From contig JARYLR010000003.1 in the NCBI GenBank assembly GCA_029907545.1, positions 23,090-87,089 of the forward strand: a DNA stretch of 64,000 bases. Direction: 5' to 3'. A program made the position numbers and the translations under genes. The notes below the pieces were generated by a model. The model searched no databases, was not told the origin of the DNA, and saw only the letters and a list, made by a program, of their open reading frames with translations. The stretch comes from Candidatus Bathyarchaeota archaeon. GTDB taxonomy: Archaea; Thermoproteota; Bathyarchaeia; Bathyarchaeales; Bathycorpusculaceae. Numbering within the stretch: position 1 is the stretch's first letter; each line of letters starts with the position of its first letter. Below, piece after piece: positions 9,871-18,422 of this stretch.

Positions 9871-9897
9871 AGTTAGATAGGACATTTTTATCTAACT
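9871..9897. promoter_or_regulatory. perfect 9-bp inverted repeat AGTTAGATA-N9-TATCTAACT in the divergent cooC/cdh - oxidoreductase intergenic region (candidate operator)
   Basis: Read directly: 9871-9879 AGTTAGATA, 9889-9897 TATCTAACT (exact reverse complement). It lies about 105-130 nt upstream of the cooC start (9767) and about 75-100 nt upstream of the plus-strand gene (9974). Confidence 0.4.
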
Positions 9898-9973
9898 TAT
9901 TGAATATTGTAAATTAAAGGTGACGGAAAGCACAAGAATTTTATACGATATAACATGATAAAAGAAGGCACAA

Positions 9974-10993
9974 TTGGTGAAACACATGCAAGACAAAGTT
10001 GGAGTCGCTGTAGTAGGAGTAGGATTCGTGGGCGGCGCAGCCCATGTGCCTAGTTTCAAGAAAATTGAAGGCTCAGAACTCATCGCTCTGTGCGCTAGAA
10101 CTGAGACAAGAGTCAAACCATTGGCAGAGAAATATGATGTCAAATACTATCTGGATTACGACAAGCTGCTGGACGACCCAAAGCTGGATGCGGTGGTTCT
10201 TTCAGTGCCTACGCCTCTGCACTACGAATCCGCTATGAAGGCTATCAAGAAAGGCAAACATGTACTATGCGAAATGCCCATAGCCCCAACGATCCCGCAG
10301 GTCAGAGAGCTACAGAAAGCGGCCGAGAAGGCGAAAGTGCTTTTGATGCCAGTTCTAAATTTTAGATTTGCGCCTATTTACCTTAGAGTAAAAGAAATGA
10401 TCAAAGCAGGAGCCATAGGCAAACCCATAGCAATACACTTCCGCGAGTTCATACCCGCAAAGAGCCTTGCTGAACAATGGCCAGCAGGGTCATGGGCGTG
10501 GGACATCGGAAAGAGTGGAGGTTACCCTGATTTCACACTGTCAGTTTGGTCGCTTGACATGTTTCGATGGATGTTTGAAAAAGAAATAGAAGACGTGGAG
10601 TGGATGCCGCACTATCCGAAGATAGCGACGTGCGGAGGAATCTACGGCTACAACACGATGGGCTTGATAAGGTTCACAAATGGAATGGTTGGATCACTAC
10701 ACTACGGCGCGTCAGTAACCGCCTCAGCAAGCACAAGCCGATTGGAAGTCTATGGAGACAACACCAACGTGATACACGCCATATGGGTTGACAAAATACT
10801 CTTGTACGGAGAAGATGACAAACCAAAAGAGGAAATTCTTGACGTGAAAGGCACGCGCGTGTGGGGTCACAGACAATTAGACGAACACTTCATAGATTGC
10901 ATCCTTAACAAGAAAAAGCCGCAAGTGACTGTGGAAGACGGAATCAAAGCACAAGAAATCGCACAGAAAATAGTGAAAAACATAAAGCAGTAA
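9974..10993 (+). CDS. Gfo/Idh/MocA-family NAD(P)-dependent oxidoreductase
   Basis: 339 aa. It has the N-terminal Rossmann motif VGVAVVGVGFVGG and an EKP-like motif (LCEMPIA). The track start is TTG; the ATG at 9986 (MQDKVGV...) is an alternative start. Confidence 0.8.
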   Translation: MVKHMQDKVGVAVVGVGFVGGAAHVPSFKKIEGSELIALCARTETRVKPLAEKYDVKYYLDYDKLLDDPKLDAVVLSVPTPLHYESAMKAIKKGKHVLCEMPIAPTIPQVRELQKAAEKAKVLLMPVLNFRFAPIYLRVKEMIKAGAIGKPIAIHFREFIPAKSLAEQWPAGSWAWDIGKSGGYPDFTLSVWSLDMFRWMFEKEIEDVEWMPHYPKIATCGGIYGYNTMGLIRFTNGMVGSLHYGASVTASASTSRLEVYGDNTNVIHAIWVDKILLYGEDDKPKEEILDVKGTRVWGHRQLDEHFIDCILNKKKPQVTVEDGIKAQEIAQKIVKNIKQ

Positions 10994-11060
10994 GAATTAC
11001 AACTTCCGTTTCTTATTCTTCCTTTTTAAGCCAGCTATGGAGCGTAAAAGAAACATCAAG

Positions 11061-11696
11061 CTAAAGAGCAGTTTCCCTCATGTCATCTTTGGCTTTCGCA
11101 AGTAGCGCTGGAACGCGCTTCTTAACTGCTTCATATATGAGATAGCCAAGTGAAATACATATGACGCCGGCTATGGCGTTAAAGGCTCCAAGTATAAGAG
11201 CATATATCACTGGAATTTCAGCATACTCTCTTAATGAGAGGGCGCCAGCATAAACAAGCAAAAAGTTGGCTACAACCATAACCAAGACCCTTAGCAGGAT
11301 GCCGAAGGCAAACATGGTAGCGCCCTTGAACCTTGATACAAGTTTAATACCTATGGCCATTCCAAGTATTGTTGAGAACTCCGCGAGACCTTTCATCGAA
11401 GCACCAATAACATATGCACTACGCGCGGCAATAGCAACAGAGGCAATGACGGATGCCAGAGCTCCAGGAATCAAGCCGAAAATTAGAAAGGCGGAGACTA
11501 TGGGAACGCCGGTAAAGTCAAATTTGAGATCGGGATTCCATGGAAACGGCAGTTTCAAGTTTGAGTATTTTAATGCGTAATCAAACACGACAACCAAAGC
11601 AGCAAAAACCGCTGTGCCTGCAATTTTTCTAGTGCTTATTTTCATGATATTTTCCTTTATTTTTTCTATTTTTTCACGATTGACTACGTGACTCAC
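11061..11696 (-). CDS. multi-pass membrane protein resembling an ECF-transporter S (substrate-capture) component
   Basis: About 6 predicted TM helices in about 195 aa. TM1 has an AxxxA-type pattern (KIAGTAVFAALVVVFD). The likely true start is MKISTRK at 11645, which removes the 23-nt overlap with the upstream gene. No EcfA/EcfT genes are in the window. Confidence 0.45.
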   Translation of the reverse strand: MSHVVNREKIEKIKENIMKISTRKIAGTAVFAALVVVFDYALKYSNLKLPFPWNPDLKFDFTGVPIVSAFLIFGLIPGALASVIASVAIAARSAYVIGASMKGLAEFSTILGMAIGIKLVSRFKGATMFAFGILLRVLVMVVANFLLVYAGALSLREYAEIPVIYALILGAFNAIAGVICISLGYLIYEAVKKRVPALLAKAKDDMRETAL

Positions 11697-12744
11697 CTTG
11701 TTGCTGAACTTGTTTCTTCTTTTTAGAAAGCTTACACAAGAGGCTTAAGGCATTTGTCTCCTGCTTTGCGTCTCTAGTTTTGATGAACCCTGAGTCTTTG
11801 GCTTTGAAAAACAGTTCTTCACCAATCTCCGTTCTAATCATAGTGAATGTCCACGCGTCTAGTCCGAGACCTCCAGCTGAGATGTCTGCTAACTCTGAGC
11901 TGAAATCATGGCAGTAACTGCAGTTTCTTCTGGCGTAGGGTTTCACTTCTGCAAGAGGTACCGCTTTGACTTCAGAGTCTGTTGTAATCAGCAGTTTTCC
12001 CTTTATATTCATTTTTTTCACGCTGTTCAGCTTTACGCCTAAACGGTCGTGAACGTAGTCTTCCATAAGTCCTTTGTATGTAAAACATTCCGAGCACATT
12101 AAGCCTACGAGATATTTTATGGGAGACGTGTGCTTCTTTAATCCAGCCATCTGCATTTTGCGGACGGCGTGAATCTGGCATGGCGTGCCTACGAAGGCTA
12201 CTTTCTCCTTTTTCTGTTTGCTCACTTCAGAAAGGGCAAGGACATTGGGTGAGTAGCAGTATTTTGTGCCAGCGCATTTCAAGATTTCTGCTGGAGTTGT
12301 AGCTAGCTTAGGCAGGGGCATGAAAGGTCTGTCATTACTTGTTCCAGCGACAACCGCGGCGTCAATAAGGTCTTCCTTGAGCGCAAAAAGCAAAATCCCC
12401 GTAACGCCTCCTCCATCTTGGCAAACTTTTAGTACAGAATCATCTGTTGACTGCACCACAACTAGGTCTCGATAGACCCCGAAGTCCTCATCGACTTTTT
12501 TTTCTCTGCCAAAGACGAAATGCTCTGCTTTTGGCCATGACCAATCATATCTGGGACAAGTCTGCGCGCATATGCCACAGACCTGACAGTTCTTCACGAG
12601 TGATGGTTTTTCGTCTATAAGCTCTAGGCAGGAGAAAGGGCATGTTACCACGCAAGCGCCGCAGCCAGCGCAGTTTCCTGTGTCAACAACTCTTTTTGCT
12701 AGGGTGTCCTCGAAGCTTGTTTTTGGAAAAGGCACTTGGTTCAC
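11674..12744 (-). CDS. FrhB/FdhB/FpoF-family F420-dependent oxidoreductase beta-like protein with N-terminal 2x[4Fe-4S] ferredoxin domain
   Basis: 356 aa. Two CxxCxxCxxxCP motifs (CAGCGACVVTCP, CQVCGICAQTCP) are followed by the FrhB_FdhB N/C-type region (VAFVGTPCQIHAVRK, YCHDFSSELADISAGG). Confidence 0.75.
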   Translation of the reverse strand: MNQVPFPKTSFEDTLAKRVVDTGNCAGCGACVVTCPFSCLELIDEKPSLVKNCQVCGICAQTCPRYDWSWPKAEHFVFGREKKVDEDFGVYRDLVVVQSTDDSVLKVCQDGGGVTGILLFALKEDLIDAAVVAGTSNDRPFMPLPKLATTPAEILKCAGTKYCYSPNVLALSEVSKQKKEKVAFVGTPCQIHAVRKMQMAGLKKHTSPIKYLVGLMCSECFTYKGLMEDYVHDRLGVKLNSVKKMNIKGKLLITTDSEVKAVPLAEVKPYARRNCSYCHDFSSELADISAGGLGLDAWTFTMIRTEIGEELFFKAKDSGFIKTRDAKQETNALSLLCKLSKKKKQVQQQGESRSQS

Positions 12745-12871
12745 TTGGTGGATTTATGCGCTAAGTTTGGCTTAAAACCTTTTAGTTTTGGTGACCCTCA
12801 GCATGACAAATCTTTATCAAGAAACAGCCTACCTAGTAAAATGCACTATTAGAAATGGAGAATTGGCCGTC

Positions 12872-13630
12872 ATGAACACTATAGAAATTATAGGCATCAG
12901 CGGGCTTCCAATAATAAAGGTTGGTGACAACCTTGCTGAGCTTATCTGCGCGGCAGCGGAGAAGCAAGGTGCAATCATACGGGACGGAGACATAATAGTG
13001 GTAACTCACGTGATTGTCTCACGTGTCGAAGGGAACATTATAGACTTAGACAAGATCGTGCCCTCGGAATTCGCTAAAAACATGGCGCGGCAGTATGAAA
13101 AAGATCCTGCACTTGTTGAGGTCGTTTTAAGGGAATCTAAAAGCATTAAGCGTATGGCCCACGGGATCCTTATTACTGAGACGAAGCATGGCTTCGTTTG
13201 CGCCAATTCTGGAGTGGACAAATCGAATGTAGAGGGAGAAAGATTTGTGGCTCCTCTCCCAGTTGATCCCGACGCCTCTGCTCAAAGAATTCGAGAGGAA
13301 ATAAGAAAACGAACAGGCAGAGATGTTGCGGTGATCATCTCGGATACGCATGGGCGGCCATTAAGGATGGGAGAGATCAACATCGCCATAGGCGTCGCAG
13401 GCATAAAACCGCTAAGAGACAGACGAGGAGAGAAAGATCTTTTTGGCTACATGTTGCGGATCAAAAACACAGCCGTAGCAGATGAATTGGCTTCCGCTGC
13501 TGAACTTGTTATAGGACAAGCGGATGAAGGAATCCCTGCCGCAATAATACGTGGTTACGAATACTTGAAAGCTGAAAACGCAACCGCAAAGGATCTGATT
13601 AGGCCGGAAGAGCAAGACTTGTTTCTATGA
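12872..13630 (+). CDS. cofE: coenzyme F420-0:L-glutamate ligase
   Basis: CofE pattern: IGISGLPIIKVGDNLAELI, VVTHVIVSRVEG, GFVCANSGVDKSN, ISDTHGRP. The track ORF starts at TTG 12788. I prefer ATG 12872 (MNTIEIIG), which is preceded by GGAG. Confidence 0.85.
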   Translation: MNTIEIIGISGLPIIKVGDNLAELICAAAEKQGAIIRDGDIIVVTHVIVSRVEGNIIDLDKIVPSEFAKNMARQYEKDPALVEVVLRESKSIKRMAHGILITETKHGFVCANSGVDKSNVEGERFVAPLPVDPDASAQRIREEIRKRTGRDVAVIISDTHGRPLRMGEINIAIGVAGIKPLRDRRGEKDLFGYMLRIKNTAVADELASAAELVIGQADEGIPAAIIRGYEYLKAENATAKDLIRPEEQDLFL

Positions 13631-13681
13631 AAAACACTTTAAACGCTTGACGACAAATTATCAATTAGGTGTGACGCAGAC

Positions 13682-14554
13682 ATGACGGAACAAGGCACCA
13701 CGAAAATAGGAATATTCAAATGCGGAAACATCGCATCCTCACCACTATTTGAACTACTTCTTGACGAACTTGCCGACAGACAAGACATCAAAACTAGAAC
13801 CGTAGCCACGGGATCAAAAATGAGCGCTGAAGATGTCGAGGAAGCCCTGCCGAAAATCTTCGAGTTCGACCCAGACCTCCTAATTTTAATATCACCAAAC
13901 CCCTCAATCCCAGGACCAGCAAAAGTTAGGGAAAAACTGGCAAGCTGCGGTACCCCGAGTGTGGCGATCTCCGATGCCCCGGGAAAACGTGCAAAGGCTG
14001 AATTTGAAAAACAGGGCTTAGGCTACCTAATCATTACTGGTGACCCGCTTATTGGAGCACGAAGAGAGTTTCTAGATCCACTGGAGATGGCGATCTTCAA
14101 CGCAAATATAATCAAGGTGCTTGCCGCAACTGGCGTCTACAGGATAGTGCATCAAGAAATCGACAGCGTAGTCAAGGATATAAAGAAGGGTATGAACCCT
14201 CCTCTTTTGCCTAGACTTGTTGTTGATGTAAGCTTTATTCGCGATCGATCTGATTTCAAGAACCCTTATGCGAAAGCAAAAGCAATGGCTGCCTACGAGC
14301 TAACCGAGAAAATTGCCGAAATAAACACGCAAGCATGCTTCGTGGAAAAAGAGAGCGAGAAATACGTGCCCCTAGTGGCATGTGCTCACGAGATCGCTCA
14401 GGTGGCTGCTAGACTGGCTGAGGAGGCTAGAGAGATTGAAAAATACGGTGACACCCTTATGAGGAAGCCTCATGCAAAGGACGGTAGAACTAAATGCAAA
14501 AACAGCTTAATGAGCGCTCCAGTTTTCAGCGAAGAGTTTGGTAAGGATAACTAG
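13682..14554 (+). CDS. mtd: F420-dependent methylenetetrahydromethanopterin dehydrogenase
   Basis: 290 aa. Long blocks match Mtd as I remember it from methanogens: KIGIFKCGNI..., GLGYLIITGDPLIGARREFLDPLEMAIFNANIIKVLAATGVYRIV, FKNPYAKAKAMAA, KYVPLVACAHE. Confidence 0.9.
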   Translation: MTEQGTTKIGIFKCGNIASSPLFELLLDELADRQDIKTRTVATGSKMSAEDVEEALPKIFEFDPDLLILISPNPSIPGPAKVREKLASCGTPSVAISDAPGKRAKAEFEKQGLGYLIITGDPLIGARREFLDPLEMAIFNANIIKVLAATGVYRIVHQEIDSVVKDIKKGMNPPLLPRLVVDVSFIRDRSDFKNPYAKAKAMAAYELTEKIAEINTQACFVEKESEKYVPLVACAHEIAQVAARLAEEAREIEKYGDTLMRKPHAKDGRTKCKNSLMSAPVFSEEFGKDN

Positions 14555-14631
14555 AAGCCTTCCCTGAAATCCCGTGAGCAGTTTGTGTTAAACATATACA
14601 GTATATACTTGCATGTATGATATTTCGACTA

Positions 14632-14642
14632 TGTATATATAA
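14632..14642 (+). promoter_or_regulatory. TATA-box-like element upstream of the MtdA-like fusion gene
   Basis: TGTATATATAA lies about 40 nt upstream of ATG 14678 in an AT-rich spacer. This fits archaeal TATA spacing with a short leader. Confidence 0.4.
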
Positions 14643-14677
14643 TCACCAACACTAATTAAAAGGCAGAGGGCTATCGT

Positions 14678-16402
14678 ATGAAAACTCTGGAGATAACACC
14701 TCTAAAAGATAAGAAACTGTCAGTTTTAATCATTGAAAAAGAATACAATGAACCTTTCTGGCTGGCCGAACCATCGCCTAAAATGGAGTCACGCATACTC
14801 AATTCCCTATTCAAGCCATCAATAGCGTTTCATAACTTCATAGAAAGCATGATTCAGAAAGTCAAACCTAATTTCGCCACAGAAGAACTGGGAATGCGCT
14901 CTCAGAAAGAGTTCTATGAAGACAATGTCTTAGCTCAGATGTTTCAGAAAGAAAAAATCCCGTTCTTTCCAGTGGACATTGACGCAAACGCCAAAATGTA
15001 CCTTTCAACAACTCTAGACAAGAAAAGAGAGCTAAGAAACGAAATCTTGAAAGCGTTGACAAACACGTCTAAACAGAAAAACGCTGACCCCGTGGAAAAG
15101 GAGTACCTGATTGCCTATGGTCAATGCTTGCAACTTGAAATTGAGGAGCAGGAACGAGAAGTCAGCTTCCCGATAAGAGAAAGCTGGATTGTTATGGGCA
15201 TAGTGGAACAGGCTAAAGAGATAGGCGCTAAAGAAAACATTATCTGTCTTCATATCGGCAGTCCGGAACACACCGAAGGAATCAAGCAATTACTCGAATC
15301 GCTAGGTATCAAAGTTGAAGTGGTTAAGCTTTCGAAAAAGATAGTTTCAAGCTATGTCGATGCCCCTGCTTCCAGTGAACTTCAGAATCTCCTCCAGTCA
15401 ATGCAGATCCAAGTTAAACCCGTCGTTGGGAAAGCTTCGGAAACCGCACCCTACTTGCTCTTCTACTTGGACACTGATGAGAAAGCCAGTCCTTTTGACA
15501 TTTGCATGGCCTACGACGCTGGATATGACGCGGTTATACCCTACGAGAATGTGACCCCTGAAGATGCTAAAAAAATTGTTGAAGACGCAGTATTCTCTAG
15601 GGGACCAAAAGCAGTCAAGCACACATGCTTCTTTATTGGAGGCAAAAATGCTGACAGAGCAGAAGAAGTGCTGAAAGTTGTCAAAAATGCGATGTTTCCA
15701 CCTTTCAAAGCCCCCATAATAATTGACCCTGGAGGCGCATACACCACGGCCACTGCCATGGTAGCAAAAGTCGAAGAAGCACTGGTGTCCCACAACCTCG
15801 GCGAGCTTAAGGACAAGACATGTGCAGTCATGGGAACAGGAGCGGTGGGACAAATAGCAGCCGTATTATTAGCTAAGCTTGGATGCAATGTTATGATCGC
15901 TAGTTTGAACCCGAAACGCGTTGATGGAAAAGAACATGCTGAGAGCATCCAGAAGCTTCTTGCTGATGACTATGGCGTGGAGGTGCAAGGAGTATTTGCA
16001 CCCGCATCAGAAGATAAGCTTGCGCTTCTGAAACAGGCTGATGTGGTGTTCTGTGCTGGAACAAGAGGAGCCCGCATAATAGAAAAAGAACTCTTTAAAG
16101 AAATAAAACATATGAAAGTGCTTGTCGACGTAAACACCATACCGCCCTTCGGAATAGAAGGAGTAGAACTAAAAGACGACATGAGGGAACTTGCAACAGG
16201 CATTTTCGTAATCGGAGGACTTACAGTAGGTGATTTGAAGCACAAGCTTGAAAAGGAGATATTGAGAGATGCACGAAGCAACGGAAAGGAAGTCTACGAT
16301 TACAATATAGCTTTGGAACTTGCTAGAAATCTCGTTCAAAAAGAGCTTACGCCTTCAAAGCTGACGTTGACCTTGAGCTATCCTCCACCCAAGAAGGATT
16401 AG
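14678..16402 (+). CDS. fusion protein: uncharacterised N-terminal domain (about aa 1-255) + NAD(P)-dependent methylene-H4MPT/H4F dehydrogenase (MtdA/MtdB-like) domain
   Basis: 574 aa. The region from about aa 258 on (LLFYLDTDEKASPFDICMAYDAGYD...FIGGKN...PGGAYTTATAMVAKV...GTGAVGQIAAVLLAKLG) parallels Methylobacterium MtdA (LLFQFDTDATPSVFDVVVGYDGGAD...). I could not assign the N-terminal 255 aa to any family with confidence. Confidence 0.7.
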   Translation: MKTLEITPLKDKKLSVLIIEKEYNEPFWLAEPSPKMESRILNSLFKPSIAFHNFIESMIQKVKPNFATEELGMRSQKEFYEDNVLAQMFQKEKIPFFPVDIDANAKMYLSTTLDKKRELRNEILKALTNTSKQKNADPVEKEYLIAYGQCLQLEIEEQEREVSFPIRESWIVMGIVEQAKEIGAKENIICLHIGSPEHTEGIKQLLESLGIKVEVVKLSKKIVSSYVDAPASSELQNLLQSMQIQVKPVVGKASETAPYLLFYLDTDEKASPFDICMAYDAGYDAVIPYENVTPEDAKKIVEDAVFSRGPKAVKHTCFFIGGKNADRAEEVLKVVKNAMFPPFKAPIIIDPGGAYTTATAMVAKVEEALVSHNLGELKDKTCAVMGTGAVGQIAAVLLAKLGCNVMIASLNPKRVDGKEHAESIQKLLADDYGVEVQGVFAPASEDKLALLKQADVVFCAGTRGARIIEKELFKEIKHMKVLVDVNTIPPFGIEGVELKDDMRELATGIFVIGGLTVGDLKHKLEKEILRDARSNGKEVYDYNIALELARNLVQKELTPSKLTLTLSYPPPKKD

Positions 16403-17429
16403 CGACAATCTTGTAAGCGCGGTTTATAGCTATTTCAGCTATGTCAGCTGCACATGCCGCGATTCTTTTTATACTATCACGCAAAGAGCATATGGCACAA
16501 ATCAACAGCGGGTTCATTTCTTTGCTTAGAAATGCCTCTGAAGCCATTTTCCGATCTAAGACTTCAATGTCCCTTTGTTTTTCAAGTATCTCGTCGGCAA
16601 TCATCACATCTCGGGAAAAGAAAGCACTAACTGCCTTATCGTATAGGTCAACCGCCTTTCCCCCAGCCTCAAATGCACGAAGAATCAGGGTTTCTGGGAT
16701 TCTTTGCTTACTGCCACCAAGCATCACCACGTGACCGGCAATGTTAGCCGCTTGATCCGCAGCATACTCCACTCTGTAGACCAGAGTCTGATGATCTAAG
16801 CAATCTAGAGGCTCTAGACTGAGTTTATTCGCCAGAACCGAGTCCCTTGCAGCATCCCGAAGTAGCCTAGTGAGAAAGAAGCAGAAGTGGTCTACATCGT
16901 CATCAAGAGAGTATATGGCCTTTGCAAGTGTTACATCTTGGCTTTTAAGAGAGTTCATTGCGTCGCGACACATGGAATGAGAAATCAGATGCATCCTGTG
17001 GATTGCCAAATCTAGCGAGGCTCTAGATTCGTCTATCAAGGTTTGAATGTACATGCTTTTGGCATCTGACTCCATTATCCTCATGAAAAGCATGCGAACA
17101 ATGTTTCGAATTGCCTTACTCTGCGAAACTGAAAATACGCTTTTAGAGACAATCTTTATGCTGGAATATCCATTGAGGTAGCAGCCCACTATCTTTCTCA
17201 CAGTTAGAGATTCTCGTTCGTCTGGATTGACTTCTAGAGTTATTTCTTTAGGTTCTCTCTTCTGTTCCCCGCTTGGGAAGACAACGAGGGAACGGTCGCG
17301 CTGTACAGCGAAGGAGACCACGTCGCCTTTCTTGAGTTCATTCATTCTCAGCCAGTATTTTGGAAGAGATATAACAAGAGAGGATCGCCCTAGAGACATT
17401 ATTTTGCGTTCCATGTTCTCACACGGCAA
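16347..17429 (-). CDS. PhoU-family phosphate-uptake regulator with N-terminal AbrB/SpoVT DNA-binding domain
   Basis: 360 aa. An N-terminal swapped-hairpin-like motif (SLGRSSLVISLPKYWLRMNELKKGDVV) is followed by two PhoU-like helical repeats (DDDVDHFCFFLTRLL, ADQAANIAGHV, AADIAEIAINRA). Alternative start MERKIM at 17411. Confidence 0.75.
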   Translation of the reverse strand: MPCENMERKIMSLGRSSLVISLPKYWLRMNELKKGDVVSFAVQRDRSLVVFPSGEQKREPKEITLEVNPDERESLTVRKIVGCYLNGYSSIKIVSKSVFSVSQSKAIRNIVRMLFMRIMESDAKSMYIQTLIDESRASLDLAIHRMHLISHSMCRDAMNSLKSQDVTLAKAIYSLDDDVDHFCFFLTRLLRDAARDSVLANKLSLEPLDCLDHQTLVYRVEYAADQAANIAGHVVMLGGSKQRIPETLILRAFEAGGKAVDLYDKAVSAFFSRDVMIADEILEKQRDIEVLDRKMASEAFLSKEMNPLLICAICSLRDSIKRIAACAADIAEIAINRAYKIVANPSWVEDSSRSTSALKA

Positions 17430-17553
17430 GCATTAACTTGTCTTTGCTTGCTAATACGTGTTTTTGTAAGTATATATCCTAACCTGCTCTGCAAAAGGGG
17501 GCAGTGTAATATATCAGCGAACACATTGATTCCTACAGCAGCAGTGAATCATC

Positions 17554-18363
17554 GTGAAACTAAAGACTGAGAACAGAGAGACAACGCTTGTTTTTGTTTA
17601 CAGTGGCGAGTTCGCGGAACGGGTAATCCGCAACCTAATCAATGACCCAAGCTTCTGCAAGTCATGTGGATTATACTGTGATTCATGCAAATACGGTGTG
17701 TACAGCCATGTCCGAAACATTCGCGCTGCCATAGAGCTACCTGATCCCTCTGACTTGCCAGCTTTCATAGATGAACCTGAAAACTTCATGCCGAAGAACC
17801 TGCCCAAAACTGACCTCTGTGTAGCCTCAGGACTTCATAAGGATCTGTTGCTCGAGCTGCCTAAGCATCTTGAGCGAGCTGGAGTAAAGGGAATAGTTGT
17901 GCCTATTGAAGACTTTGTTGAGGTGCCTTCGGGACTTCGCATACAAGTGGAAGAGAAATGTCAAGAGCTTGGTTTAGAGAGCGCTTTTCCGAAGCCCTTC
18001 TGTTCGCTTACTGCTTCGCAAGACAGGCCTGTTATCTCGAAGCTTGTGGCTGAGCTGAAGATTGGAAGACCGTTGCTGGAGGTATCTACTGCGACTGTAC
18101 ATAACCATGAGGTAATAGAGTCTGTTGCTGTAAAAAGGAGTGCGCCATGCGGCTCAACATGGTATATTGCGAGAAAATTCCTCAGAGTTGAAACAGAAAA
18201 AAACATGCTGTATGATGTAGTAGCGAAGGCGCACCACAGCTATCCATGCACTGCAACGATGGCTGTTGATCCAGAAGCAAAGGAGCCTATACTTCACATG
18301 GGCGGTTACATAATAAGAGAAGAAGTGGAGAAAGCTGTAGCGAATGCGCGGCTTAAGCCTTAG
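17554..18363 (+). CDS. DUF166-family protein (archaeal, Cys-rich)
   Basis: 269 aa with a GTG start. The pattern LVFVYSGEFAERVIRNL...CKSCGLYCDSCKY...LPAFIDEPENFMP...GIVVPIED matches my recollection of DUF166/COG1810. Confidence 0.6.
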   Translation: MKLKTENRETTLVFVYSGEFAERVIRNLINDPSFCKSCGLYCDSCKYGVYSHVRNIRAAIELPDPSDLPAFIDEPENFMPKNLPKTDLCVASGLHKDLLLELPKHLERAGVKGIVVPIEDFVEVPSGLRIQVEEKCQELGLESAFPKPFCSLTASQDRPVISKLVAELKIGRPLLEVSTATVHNHEVIESVAVKRSAPCGSTWYIARKFLRVETEKNMLYDVVAKAHHSYPCTATMAVDPEAKEPILHMGGYIIREEVEKAVANARLKP

Positions 18364-18422
18364 CGAACCAACATTTGGACTGCAGAGCTGAAACAAATAA
18401 TTTCTAAAAAACAATAGAAGGG

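Noticed and set aside
16347-16402. 56-nt convergent overlap between the MtdA-like fusion gene and the PhoU-like gene
   Set aside because: Both ORFs are otherwise well supported, and the overlapping tails are non-conserved C-terminal residues. This is most simply a tolerated 3' overlap, or a slightly earlier true stop through an undetected indel. There is no evidence for function.
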